Shown here one piece after another: positions 28,971 through 43,106 of a stretch of DNA of 64,000 nucleotides (position 1 is the first letter of the stretch; every line of letters begins with the position of its first letter). Source of the stretch: Cetorhinus maximus (taxonomy: Eukaryota); NCBI RefSeq assembly GCF_964194155.1, contig NC_135881.1, positions 133,238,001 through 133,302,000 of the forward strand, in the 5' to 3' direction. The position numbers and the translations under genes are program-made. Under the pieces are notes generated by a model. That model saw nothing but the letters and a program-made list of their open reading frames with translations. It was not told the DNA's origin and ran no database searches.

Positions 28971-30428
28971 GACAAGCACTCACTAAGCAGAAAGGGTAAA
29001 AGTGCTGATCCCCCTTGCTGTCAGGAACTGAGAGGCGAATTTTCTGTCCTGTCTTCGCGCGGTAAGTAAACTTAACTCTATAAAGTGAAAAATACCTGTT
29101 GGGAAACGTTTACGCTACACTTTGGTCGATGAGTTGAGAGAACGTGACTAACGCCTACCTGCGGAACAAAGTGGTTGAAGTGCTTCAGGGTTCACTTATC
29201 CTCAGACCAAGATTACAGAGTTTCAGAGTAACCATGTCTATAAAGTAGGTTGGAGTAAATGCAAGAACAGCAACAACAAAGAAATTGGGCATTAGCGGAA
29301 AATGTGTAGTTTAGTAAACGGTGTTGAAGTGTGTAACAGACAGAGCGCATGGAATCATACTGCAAAAGGCGAACACATTTAATACGAATTGCTTAAATAT
29401 GCCAAATTACAACATAGCAAAACGATTAACTACTGTATTTGCTAATTCTTACTAAATTCCAACATTTGCAATAATCAAGAGTTGAGAAAATCTATTTGTT
29501 GAACGCACGGCTTTATAAATTTGCGCAACTTGATTGCTTGTCGTAAACCCAAACTATAAGATTCCCATCTGGAGGAGTGGTGTAAAGTTGTACAGATTAG
29601 GACAGACTTAATGCTTTTAGTGAGTGTTTTGCACTCAAAACTCGAAGCAATTTAATTCACAGGACAGCAGACACAACAGAAATACCTATCTGGGAGGCCA
29701 ATGTCCAGGAAAGTTACTATAGAAACTTTATTTTAACTTCCAGTCAGTTTTAAAAACAAATACAAAAGCTCATCACGAATTTCTTAAACTGCCAGTCTTT
29801 TAGGCTTTATATTTATCCTTTGTCACAAAAAAACATACACTGACGCTGCGCTAAGAGCCACTTATTGGAGTTCGTGCAAAGTCATACAAAGGCACAGCAT
29901 AGACATACAGTTCAAAGTTGCAATATCCTTCACAAAATTCACTGCTCACTAATAACACAGAATAGGTAGCATCTCAGTGATTTAACACTACGATATCAAT
30001 TACAGAGGACGATGGCCTGAAATTAAATACGTATTGCAAGCTTGGAGCTATTTTGACATTTAGCAACACTAACACTTACATACACTTTTTTTGCAGAGTG
30101 CAACACATAATTACATTTTTTACTGGACGATTTTATACAGTTACTTCAAGTAACACCGCTTGTATTAATATAAATAAGTTAAACAGCTATAATTCACAAG
30201 GCTATCCTACTCCTACAACATTGTTGTTACTCCTAGACAATATACTGTAAGCAGATTACTTGTACAGGCAACGGTACGACCAGAAAACAGACTAACGATT
30301 CAAAGGTTGGGATACGGCAACATGGAAATTATTTTCTTCATAGAAGTAACACGGGAAAAGAGTTTTGGAAGTCAGTACTGTATTGACATTATGCTAATTG
30401 GTCAGCTACTGCCCAGTACTTCTATTGA

Positions 30429-30788
<360 letters not shown>

Positions 30789-31146
30789 CTAGCCCAGGCA
30801 TGTCCACGCTAACTACTACGTTCTTTCCATACCTTAATAACAAAATGACTTTAGAAACTTAGCTAGAAGTAAATGTTAAAGTGCCCACTTGGACAAAGCT
30901 GTCCCATAATAAACCACACCTTTTTCTATCTATCAATCCCTCTTTACTCTTGCATTACTGATACGTAACTAGACAGCTTATTAATAAATATCCCACCACC
31001 CAAAGGGTTCCAAATATAATAGCAACTTTAAAAAAGATGATCCTTACAAAGATATTAAGAAACATTAAAGTGTATATTTAGCGTTTTGATTTGCCAGAAT
31101 AATTCAGGACTCCACTAATGCAAAGATAAGAGAGGAGGGATTTTAC

Positions 31147-31723
31147 CGTGACTTATGTGCAGTTTTCGCATCCAGGGGTAAATCTGAGGCTGTTGTTGTG
31201 CTGTGCTTTGCCCGTTCTGTGAACTTGGAGGGTCGCTGCTTGCCGGGGTGTCATCCTCAGCACCAGGCGACGTGCCAACCCCATCTCTACTGATATGACT
31301 GCTGCTGGAATTTGAGGAGGTAGTTGGGCTTGCTATGGAGTTTTTGATTCCGTGGTGATTGTCGCTAGCAGGCGGACTGACCACGGCGGAACAGGGCAGA
31401 GGGTCAGGTGAAGGAGACTGAGTGGATGTGGCAGGTTGGTTGTACCTGGTGTCTGCTCCTGCTTCTGGTCCTGCTGCTGCTGTTGCTGCTGTTGCTGCTG
31501 CAGAGTAGCTTCGGGATCTTTCACTGGCATTAAAGTGGTTAGATGCTGGACGACTAATGCTGAGATCCATCCCATTGTAGCCGTAGCCGTACCTGCTGGA
31601 ATGCATCGTTGCAGAATCCCTGTATTGCTCGCTCACCGAGCTATGATCTCCATAATTATGTAACTGGTAGTCCGGGCCATTTGGATAGCGACCGCAGAAT
31701 GAGTTTACAAAGTAAGAGCTCAT
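31147..31723 (-). CDS. HOXA5: HoxA5 exon 1
   Basis: [34 protein letters not shown]-terminus typical of HoxA5; [12 protein letters not shown]; donor GTAAAA at 31146-31141. Confidence 0.97.
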
Positions 31724-31744
31724 TTGATTTTTTTTATTTATTTA

Positions 31745-31940
31745 TTTTTACTTGATTTGTGGCTCTTGGTCGCTTGTGCGTCTAGCACCCTGCACAATTT
31801 ATGATGAATTATGGAAATGACTGGGACATGTACTTCGTTCCCTCCTACGTAGGCGCCCAAATATGGGGCACGACTTAGAATCACGTGCTTTTGTTGTCCA
31901 GTCGTAAATTCTCGCTGATGACCTCTAGAGGTAAATCCGT
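31745..31940 (-). promoter_or_regulatory. Highly conserved HoxA5 proximal promoter/5' element
   Basis: Recognisable Hox5 upstream block with E-box CACGTG (31882-31887), TTTACGAC and CATAAATT sites directly 5' of the ATG. Confidence 0.7.
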
Positions 31941-32043
31941 GCACTGTGGTTACAAACTGGAAGGTTGCGTGGAAGGAAGAGCGTAGGGCACGCGCACGGG
32001 GGCGCGCCGCCGGCTCCCAGCAGCAGCTTTGGGTTGTCCTTGC

Positions 32044-32057
32044 GCGCCACCCTCTGG
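32044..32057 (-). promoter_or_regulatory. CTCF motif at the HoxA5|A6 boundary
   Basis: Minus strand CCAGAGGGTGGCGC fits the CTCF core; it lies in a small CpG-rich patch upstream of HoxA5, the position of the mammalian C5|6 site. Confidence 0.6.
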
Positions 32058-33754
32058 AGACTGAGGCTAGGGATCCTGTGGTTCTGATGAACGGGGCAAT
32101 CGGCCTCGGGTCGAATTAAGGCTACCACACATTTCAAACGTGACCGTTACATTTCGTAGAATAAATCACATAAAACAATGTGGAGGGCATCTTTCAAAAA
32201 AAAGGTCCACGCCAGACAACGGTACATTTGTTCAATCCCCAACCGCAGATTTTTTTATGTGCTACAGCTGACACTGTTATTAATAGGACTTGATGTTTTC
32301 TTATAACTGATTTGGTTTGACTTTTTTTTAAATCAAATTTAATTTTAATTATTATGTGCTTAGTGTTTTTCTACGCCTTGGCTGTCATCGCTGAATTGTT
32401 CAGGGGGAATCGGCACCCTACAACATCAAAATGCCCATTCTTTCATATGCTACTCTTTTTAAAAATTATGCTTTGTCCGGATAGCTCATGGTGTTGAAGA
32501 TTTATTCACGTGTTTGTGGAAATTTCGAAGCCACCGCAAACCTAAACTATTAAACCAATCTTGGCATTCTTAAAAATCATGTCACGTAAATTGAAAATGA
32601 GTTTAAATCGTTCCATTTACTTTCGTACACTGCCCATGTAAAACCAGAATCCCCTTTTCATTAGTAAATAAACATTGCCTTGTGCCTAAATTTACGTGGG
32701 AACAATTTCTTTATGCACAGCTTTGGTGTTGGTTCGATTAGGATGAAAGGCTATACAGTATCTAACAAAGGAGAGCTCACTTCCCAAATAGTCACTCACC
32801 TAATCAAAACAAGAGCTTTTTGTCCGATGCTGTTTCTCGGTTTGCTGGGGTAAACACTATGGAAGATGTTTCATAATTTAACCGCGGGTTCAGCTATGTC
32901 TTTAGTTGTGCGTTTAGTGAAAATTGCTGTATTTAATGGACCCAGAAGCTAAATAGTCATTCCTACCACGTATACTGTCTTTTTATCTCTCTGAAACATG
33001 GACATCTACCGATCAATTTCACAGTGCTAAGTTTCCTTTCACAGCTTATTTAATACAAAAAGTTTTCGGCAGCTTTAGTTGAAGGCTAATCTCTTAGAAA
33101 TCGGATAGCTAGCTTATTTATATATATATTACTGTATATATTTAATATATATTTAAGAAAATCTTTTTCGCGAAATTTCAATTTAAGAACGATAGCGTGG
33201 CTAGGCTGACTTTATTTATCCTACAACTGTCAAGTCAGAAGCAAATATAAATGTTTCTCTTGGTAGAGAAAACATGGCACAAGCTGACTGAGCACTGCGT
33301 CCTCTCAATTAGACAAAAACAAATCAAAAAGAAATATTACGGTTAAAAGTATTGACATATACAATACAATATTTATCAATAGCAAATGGTCATATCTACT
33401 AAGCTCATTATTTGAAGACTGTCAAATAATATCTAAAACTAGCCATTGAAACAATTAGAATACTATTTGTGGAGTAAATCATCACATAGTAACGACTCTA
33501 GAAGCAGAAACATTCACACTTCGCACTTATAAAACAATTAATCCTAAATACCGTATAATTATAGTATCCTGTGGAATGCGGAGTTATTTGAACACTTCCC
33601 CTACCACTTATACATTGACACAAACTCAAAGAGAGGGGCAACGAAAGCAAACAGAAATACGAATATTTTTTTCTGCACTGTTTAGCAGGATGAGCACATA
33701 ATAACTCACTACCAAACAGAAAGGCCCAGACTAACTTCTTTCAAATTCGCGCTC

Positions 33755-34072
<318 letters not shown>

Positions 34073-34210
34073 TTAAGGGTATTGTTCAATTTTCCGACTC
34101 TAGTAAGTGTGCTGCATTTAACATAACAATTAACTTATGCATGCACTCTTTACGTTAAGTTGGAGCTAAGTGTCAAGTTTAATTTATTATTTTTTGCTAT
34201 AAATACTCAC

Positions 34211-34640
34211 TAGAACTTGAATTCATTCGTTGCATCCAAGGATAAATTGGAGTACTGTACTTCCGGTCGTTTCCTTCTTCACTTAAAATTTTGTTTTGCG
34301 CACAATCTGTTTTGTAATGTTGGTCTGAGGAAAAGAATTCATCCTGGGCTCTATGCTTTCCACTACCGGATGGCGAAACACTGGTTATATCCTTTTCAGG
34401 ATAGAAACACGAAGCTCCATACTCATACGATGCACGATTGCAAGCTATTACTGAGTTGGATTGTTGATAATAACAAGGTGACGAGTAACTCTTGTCCTGG
34501 AGCGTCGCTGCCCCATAGGAAGCTGGAAAGTGCCTTAGAGCATCATACCCCGTTGTATAGAGTGGGATCTGTCCGAGGAAGGAGTCCTGGCCACTGGGCA
34601 GTGAAACAGGGAAAGTGGGGTTCACAAAATACGAACTCAT
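34211..34640 (-). CDS. HOXA6: HoxA6 exon 1
   Basis: [29 protein letters not shown]-terminus; [10 protein letters not shown]; ATG at 34640; donor GTGAGT at 34210-34205. Confidence 0.96.
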
Positions 34641-36051
34641 TTGCTCCACACTCTGTAGTAATATGATTTGTTATGTATTAGTACACAATGTGGTTTAGCT
34701 ATTAGTAGTCATCGAGGTGGTTTGTTTCAGGATGGCCGAGCGCCAAAGCGACAGCAGCAAATATAACCAGCTGATCAGTCTCTGGCCAATAGAAACCGAC
34801 TTTGGTTCAAAAAACTCCCTGGAGATCCGGCGACTGAGCTAGCAAAGTTACAAACAACCAAATCAGTTCTGAACTATAATAGAGGTGGTTTTAATGGAAT
34901 ATTAGTGACCCAATAAGAACACTATTAGGTTACAGGATATAGTTGTGCGTACTATTTTATATAACCTCACATATAGAAATATGGCTCTGCATTACGCATC
35001 CAACAATAGCTGGATCAACAATGATTAGAAGATAGATGATAGAAAATAGAGAGTGCAAAGAAATAAATCAACAAATCTCGAGTTCTGTAGCTGTGCGTTC
35101 TAGGTAGACTCACAGGGTAGTTTAGATAGGTAAGCAACCGTTGTAAGAATCGATTATTCCTATTTACTTCTCTTTCCACTTGTATTTGTTATTTTAGAAG
35201 CACAACATTCCCTTTGCTAGCTTGTGAAGACTAGTTGAGAAACATCAGACATCAGCCCCTCCATAATATGTATCTCTGCCCATTTTCAACTCGGTAAAGA
35301 ACAATAGCGTCTACAACTACTGAGACCCACAACATCAAGTATCCCTAAATGTTGTATTCAGTAAATTCATACTGAAATAAATAGAAATAGCCTGATGGTA
35401 AGGGTGTATATTCAGGGAAATGATTTATAGATTTAATTTTGATATTCTTATAAAGAAAATCCCAACAGTGGAGCGCAACGCGGCATCTCAGCTTTAAGAG
35501 ATCTCACAGTAATTGTGTGTAGGAGTAATTGTTATTGCACAAGCGCTCTTCATTAAAACATGCATATACATGTGCATTTAGCACACAAACGCCACAGTAC
35601 TTCTACAATAAAAGTGTTTAACCAACGTTCACCGGGTTTGTTTAAACGGCCAAGCGACCTGCAAACACACAGAGGCTCGATTTTATACTTGATAAGCCTG
35701 TATATGGCTCCCTTCCATCAAAATGTTGTTTTAATTGCATGCGATTGAAATTCTCTAATACTCCCCAAATCCCAACTTCGATTTTCCATAATTGCACACT
35801 GTTACGGTTTTATCGACCATAAAATAGTGGAATGTTTCTTTTGGAATAATTAGGCATTTTTGAACACCTCAATGGAGACATTTGTGTATTGGAATAACAG
35901 AGCATTTACTGCGCCCTGAGCGCGGCATCAGATCGCAGTGAAAGGACGGAAGCCCAGGGCTCCTTGCTAAAGATCTCATTATCTCGTTAGGTTTCCTTTC
36001 CTGTCAACAATGGTTACATCACATACTGAAATATCAAGGGCACTGCAAACA

Positions 36052-36101
36052 ATACATATATATTTATATATGTGTATATATATGTATATATATATATATA
36101 T
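36052..36101 (+). repeat. Imperfect (TA)n microsatellite
   Basis: Alternating TA with TG interruptions. Confidence 0.9.
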
Positions 36102-39100
36102 GAGTATGCTTATATTTTGTAGGGAAAATATTTCAGTAATCTAGTAAATATTGCTACAGCACCTATAACCGAACTCGAAACGTGCTAATTATAGGCAATG
36201 ATTAGAAATTAAGGTGAAATGATGAACGCGGTTATTTTAGAAGTCGGACACGTTTACATTTTCGAACGTTACAAATGCGTCTTTGGGATGGATGCTAACT
36301 CATTGATTACAAGTTGTTAAAAGGCCACAAGTAGGTTAATTTTCAGTCCTGAAAGCTTATACCTGTCTTTCTTTCCTGATTGTAGACTGACTAAAAAAAC
36401 AAACCGAAAGCTGGCCGAGGTCAAAAGCTATGTCTGTTCGAATTGTGAGTATAAATGCAGCACAATTATGGAGGAAAACGTGCAAGAACACGCCAGTTTC
36501 CAACCCTCTTATTAAGGCCGACGCTTGCCGCTTTCCTCAGTTTCTACCCTAAAGCCTCTAACCATGTACTGCAATTTGTGCATTTTCTCCCAATTGTATC
36601 TTGCATTTTAATAAATTCGAAGTTTTCTCATCAATGTTGAATCTTTTCTGTTTATGGTTTGCTTTACGTATTGTTTTCGGTTTTCGTTTATTCGTCATGT
36701 TGAGAACACAAACGCAAAGGTTTGATAATGAAGTCCCCACAATTGCTCCACACTTATAATGGAGAATCTTCGCATAAGTTGGTTTGGTGCAAATGACCGA
36801 AATACAGATGAGTAAAAGGTGATATTGAAAGATGAACAATAGGGCAATGTGTAACACACAGCCATTATTTTCCAATTAGGTGGAACAACTAATAACCACT
36901 TCACAACTGCTGCTGCATCGTGTCTTGTGAAAACTGGAGAAAATAGGGCAATATAATTAGAGTATGAACACACAGAGTGGGGTAAATGGCTACTAGAGAG
37001 CTAATAGAAGGTATTAAACTATAACTCGATCTGTATTTCTCATTGGGACGGAAACCAACGCAAAGCAGTTTGAACCTTTGCATCTCCAACCTACACTTTG
37101 AAAATATATTTTGGAATTCATTTTTGAAAATAACGCTTCTGCTTCAGAAAATGCAGTACCAATTAATTTTCCATCCACACTAGGTTACAATTAATTAGGA
37201 AATGGACTGCTAAAGATTACAATACAGCCGTTGCCATGTATTCTTTCCAGTGACGTATTTGCATTTCCTTGCAGACAGCAAAAACTTCCGAAGGATAATA
37301 CGAAATAATATATTGTGAACAGACAGAATCTGAAATTTAATGCATTGAATTTTAGCACCGTTGAACTAAGAGAATGTCAATCATTATTTTAAAAAAAGAA
37401 AGTTGGAATATTGTAAAATCCACAAGTGTGTAAATTAGATTTTATTATGTCGTTAATAAGGGAATTTTCTGGCCAAGTCTTACTTGTTCCTGTGATGATC
37501 AGGACTGGTGCAGCCTAATTAGTAACAGCATATGTGATTTCCCTTGGTTTAGGAGATATAACTGGGGCCTAGTTTGCAGCGATTAGTGTATTTGACCAAT
37601 TAAGAAAGATATTACAAAACAGCGGCACTTAAACAAGCACAAAGCCCACTTACCTCATTCTTCTGAAATGAAATAGCATTTCCTCTTTCAAATTGTGAAC
37701 TGCGAGGCCTTGTTTCAAGTTACCTTGACCCAACTGGCTCGTTATATTACTTATTGCTATGCTCATATCTCGTTAACAAGTTACCGCTATTTAAACCAAC
37801 TATTGCAAGGAAGCAGTATAAATCTTCCAATTACTTTGTGGTAACTGTAACACCTTCTAGAGTCGCAATTCTTAACGTATTTAAATGATCAATGTTATTT
37901 TCAATTTCTGGTTAATCGTAGTTGTATTTTAAGAGATTAAAATAAATTTGCAATAGTTAACCACTACAGAACGGGCCTATCAATTAATCTCTCGATTAAT
38001 TGACGACAGTGTTTCTTGTTATGCATTCTAAACTCCGGGGTTAATTCAAACACTTCGTTAAATTCGAAATCACGTTTCTTTCGCTCTTACACCAGAAAAC
38101 AATATCTATAAAAACTCTCCTTGATATCATGACTATGGGCTATTATTACAGTTAAAGCATACCATTAAGGAGGCTTCGTCGATTCACAGCGAACGGATTT
38201 AATATTTCTTTCAGTATCTCCAATCATAAACTGACTTTTAAATGTCATTGTCGATTTCTAACCATAAACACGCGTATTTTAGCTTCTAACTTTCTTCGTA
38301 AATATTAACTATTTACTGACGATCGATGAAGGCAAAATGACTAATCGCGGGCATGTATTGCAGATATATAAATATTCCACTCAAAGACCTGATATACTCT
38401 GGGTGAAATACCAAGCGTACAGGGGGTTATCTTTCGTTTCTAAGCGCAAAGCCCATAGTTACGACATTTTACATCTAAACAATTAACTTCATGTAAAAGC
38501 GCTCCAAATGCCACTTTAATCGAATTCAAGACATCCCGATATTATGTAAGCAAATTGTTGACTACTGGACAAGTCCACAAAGCAACACATAGAACGGTTA
38601 ATTTAAGAATGCAAGTCAACCATTTCATCAGTAACACATGACCAGGAGCGACGCTCTGCAGCAGCAACGCAAGTTTACCCACACTCCAAACACACGGTGG
38701 CAGCAATGAGTTCAAAAAGGAAAGCAAACATCAATATCCACGCGAACGCACATTCTCAGTCAGACGGGGCTAAGTGTCTCAGTGTCAGAAAGACAACCTA
38801 CGCGTTAAGTAAAAACAACAACAGACAAATTTGCATGCTCACATCCGAAATACGATGTCTTTGATCATTTCTCATTCTTCAACAACATCAGCACAGAAGT
38901 AAACAACAAATAATTAGGGACGACGACTCCCAGACAACGCTAGTAAATTGTCTTTAACGTATGACATGCATTAGCTTGCTATAATTTTCGTAGAAAGCAA
39001 TCAAAATATATTATTAAAACACATCGTATCTTAAACGAAATTTACGCCATGCAAGAACGGCGATTCAAAAGAAATAAATCACTTTTTCAGTGAAAGACGG

Positions 39101-40109
39101 GGCATCGCCATCGCTGGAGCCGGCAGATTATTTAATTTATTTGCAACTGAAATAAGTGTTTTTTTTCACCCCCTTCCCCCACCGCCATACAATCTGCAAA
39201 AGCTTGCATTAAAACGAGAACGCATCCTCAGGATTCTCACTCTACGACATTTTAAAACGTGATCAGGGGTTGTGTTTTACTTATGCGATTTTTGTCCTTT
39301 ATGCAAAGAGCAAGAGGACTGTCGGTCAAATCAACCAGAACGTACCACGTCAGAAACATTATTCACATTCTTTTGAAAACAAATATATACACACACATAT
39401 ATATATATATGAAAAACATTGTGAAAAACACAAACACATTAAAGCTGCCCTAAAACGGTCAGATTACTTTAAATACATGCTCAACCAATGCTACATTTCC
39501 AGTTAATAGATTCCGAAGGTGATCGGCACTTTTTGCATCATATCCTTCAACTTTGACAAATTAAAGATCTGTAAAGGGGGCGGGGTGGGGTACTTCTACA
39601 ATAACTCTGCTAAAGGGCATTTTCAAGATTATTTTTGCAGAACAGGGAAGCTGAGGAGAGCGAGTGGGCCTTACCTTGTTGTCGAGTCTATTCCTGGGCC
39701 TGTCAATCCCGGGCTCTGTACAGACCGGGTATCCTCTTTGCTAAGCCCCAGTGTCAGTGTTTGCAGAGCCCGTGCGAGTTTGACAGCTGTCCGTTCAGCT
39801 ACATCCCAGGCCAATGGCTCTCGCATTCTGCCAGCGGCGTTTGGTGACGATTTGCAGGAAACTGCCCTGCGGATCCGAGCCGGCTCTTTTTAATCCAATG
39901 CTCCACCTTCCGTGGAGGAATTCGTAGCTGCCAGCCATGAGATCTGTGCTGAAAGCTTCGATGCATTGAAGCTCCATGGGCAATAATCACTGCGCTAGGA
40001 GAGAGGGGGGGTGGGAGGGGGGGAGGTGGGGGGCGGTGGTAAGGAACTAAATATGCGTTGGAGAAAGCCCGCAAGCTCTCACATCCGAACCAACACGCGC
40101 TTAGCAAAA

Positions 40110-40270
40110 GAATGCAGCTCTATAGTCGCAAGGGAAATTATAAAAAGTTCATGTTCACGGTTAGTCTCCACATGACTTTCAGTGGCCAATGGAAAAACCG
40201 AACAACTCGTAAAGTTCTATTGCAAAGTTGTAAATTTTCATAAAACAACAAGGGATTTATGACATTTCTC
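40110..40270 (-). promoter_or_regulatory. Conserved element/distal promoter between HoxA7 and HoxA6
   Basis: CACATG (40169) and CCAAT (40186) with dense TCGTAAA, TGTAAA, CATAAAA and TTTATGAC sites; followed on the minus strand by a GC-rich segment ending in a donor AAG|GTAAGG at 39675. Confidence 0.55.
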
Positions 40271-42824
40271 CATGACTATTAGGAGGCAGGTCTTAGACGC
40301 CATTTTTAACAAAGAGACAAGTTAAAATTGTGAAATTATTAAAGATTTTTTCCACGCTTTTGAAAAATAATTTTCCCGTTTCGGAAGTCACGTTATCATG
40401 ATGTTAACACCAGGTTGCAATTTGTGTTTTTTTTAAACAAAGAATCATTACTGTTTCTGCACCCAGGCTCTTGTTGTAACGGATCTATCCTGTTTGAAGT
40501 GTAACCGCATCAGATCTATCGATATTTTATCTAGTTTACTCGTTTTTTTTTTTGAAAATGCTACAGTTTAAAAATGGCCATGAGTTCGCCCATATTGTGT
40601 GATCTAACTACAAGTTACAGTGCCGCACTGCATGAGCATATAAGATCTGCGCTTACCCGAAGATTCGTTCAAAGCTCGACAAGAGCGACACGGCTCTTTT
40701 TCTCTTCATTTCAAATCTATTTTTTTTAATGAAACCAAATATTGCACAGGGCTGTGCTCTCTATGTCCTCATCCTATCCATTTTTCTCAGCCTGCTCTCA
40801 AATGGAAATGAGCCCGATCAGGCGTCGGATCCAGATTATTCAGTGGGAACTTTTGCCCATCACCGTCCCAATTGGAATGTTTCGCTTTTGAATATTGCCT
40901 TGTTTTTTTTAAAAAAAAAGCTTCTAGCCAATGGTAATCAAAATTGCACAATTTTAACATCGACGTTCTCATGTTCGCTTTTAATCAGTATAAAAATTAC
41001 CAGTTTCGTGTAGAAAAATTATATATCAATGTGTTTATTGAAATCAAATTAGAAGGCACTGGATGGGCTGCGGTGTATAAATACTTCTGTACCACTTTTG
41101 AAATAATTTACATTTAATTGATGTTAGTAATGATGCTACTTCTGTCCTAATAACACATCTTCTAACCACTCATTTGGTGCTAACCGCTCAGGCAAGAAAG
41201 CGAGACCGTATTTTCCAAGCACCGTTTAATGTTTCTCATTTTTGTTTGCCTACAGAGACTCCATTCAAAGTATACATGGCTGGAACGAATACATGTATTT
41301 TAAATAGATTGCACCTTAAATCTTTAACATTGGTTATTATTTAACAACACATACACAGATTACAAAGCAAAACTTCCGATTGACAGATACCACACCGAAT
41401 ATGGAACCACAATATATCCAGTCGACAATGCAGTTCATAGTTTCTTTATTACTTTTGGTTATTGGATATTTTAATTTTATAATTTAAATAGTACACATGT
41501 ATAAGACAACTGGTACAACATACTTAAAGAAACACAATTACATCATTCAGTAATACATGGTTTCTTTGAAATCTTTAGCAAGTATATATTTTAATGCCAT
41601 TGATCGAAGGGAAAGAACGCAAATCCCCCCCTTCCATTTCCACTGTTTCTTTGCTTTTTACAGTATAGCATTTAAGCACAGTACGAAACGATTTCATTCG
41701 CGTCAAATGTAAACCGGTATCTAGGTAGTTATCACTATTTTGTGTTATAAAGTGGCTTTATACACGCACCTCATAAAAAAAACATACATCAGAATATATT
41801 TCACATTTTTACTCTCATATTATGGGTACTGTTTGAAGAAGTGCGAAAAGTCAAGACTCCCAGAACAACACTATGTGTTCAGAAACGAATGTTAAATTAA
41901 AACATTTAGGTAGTTTCCATAGACGTGCAAGGTATCCACAATTGTGGTGTAGGTAGTTACATTCCATTGCTATGTGAAAGAGGAATATTCTTCCTCCTGT
42001 TAATTACAATTAAGAAATGATGTAGGAAATAATAAAAACTAAGAATTTAACGGAAATGAACTATTTCACTCGACAAGTTAGCTTTCGGTCAGTTCTTGCT
42101 ACATGTGGGTAGAATGGCTCAAGTACCTGATCTCTGACTGAATTGAAAATGAGGACCTCCTATTACGGTATTTTTTTTTTTTATTTTGTGGATAGTAAGC
42201 AGAAACACTTTAAAATATATGAAGAAGGCATGTTAGCGGAGGAAAAGTAAGTTTGAGAAATAGCTCAGTGCATGAGATATATTTTGTAACAGATAGTGAT
42301 TGAATTTGACAGTACATTGACTAGAACGATAGTGACATTCTGTTCTATCGGCTAACATTGTCCCATTGGTTGTACTTTTGGAGATTCAGAGCCCGAACCC
42401 TATCCCCTTCGTTTTAATGACGAAGAATAAAGGTTTCGAATTTCATTCACTTTCATTTTATTGTTGTGGAGGGGGGTTCTCAATTAAACTTGAGAAAACA
42501 AGCATTCCAAATTTTATTGATTTTCTTGTAACATCTGCTCCCGCTTTCCCTTCATTACCGAAAGCACGGATTCTGAACTCAATTCCTATCTTTCTGCCTA
42601 ACGCCGATAAACATTCTGATTCCCATGATTTTGACTGCAAACAAAACCAGAGAACTTTAAATTGTACAGGCATGATTTCGAAAGAGGTTATTAAAAGATA
42701 TAGGTAGTATTATGAGTGCTAATGCACAGCATCTCTGAAATAGTCCAATGTTGTGGTTTACTAGTCAAAAGTCATGGCTAGCGGCTAAAGAACAGCTTTA
42801 TTGGCAGTTCATTCATTGGGAGCT

Positions 42825-43106
<282 letters not shown>

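Noticed and set aside
18600-30400. miR-10 between Hox4 and Hox5
   Set aside because: No CACAAATTCGG..TACAGGGTA match was found by eye. The faint resemblance near 20775-20835 does not form a convincing hairpin. Absence is consistent with a HoxA cluster.
31333-31663. PolyQ and polyC ORFs overlapping HoxA5 exon 1
   Set aside because: Alternative-frame and antisense readings of the GCA repeat in the true CDS.
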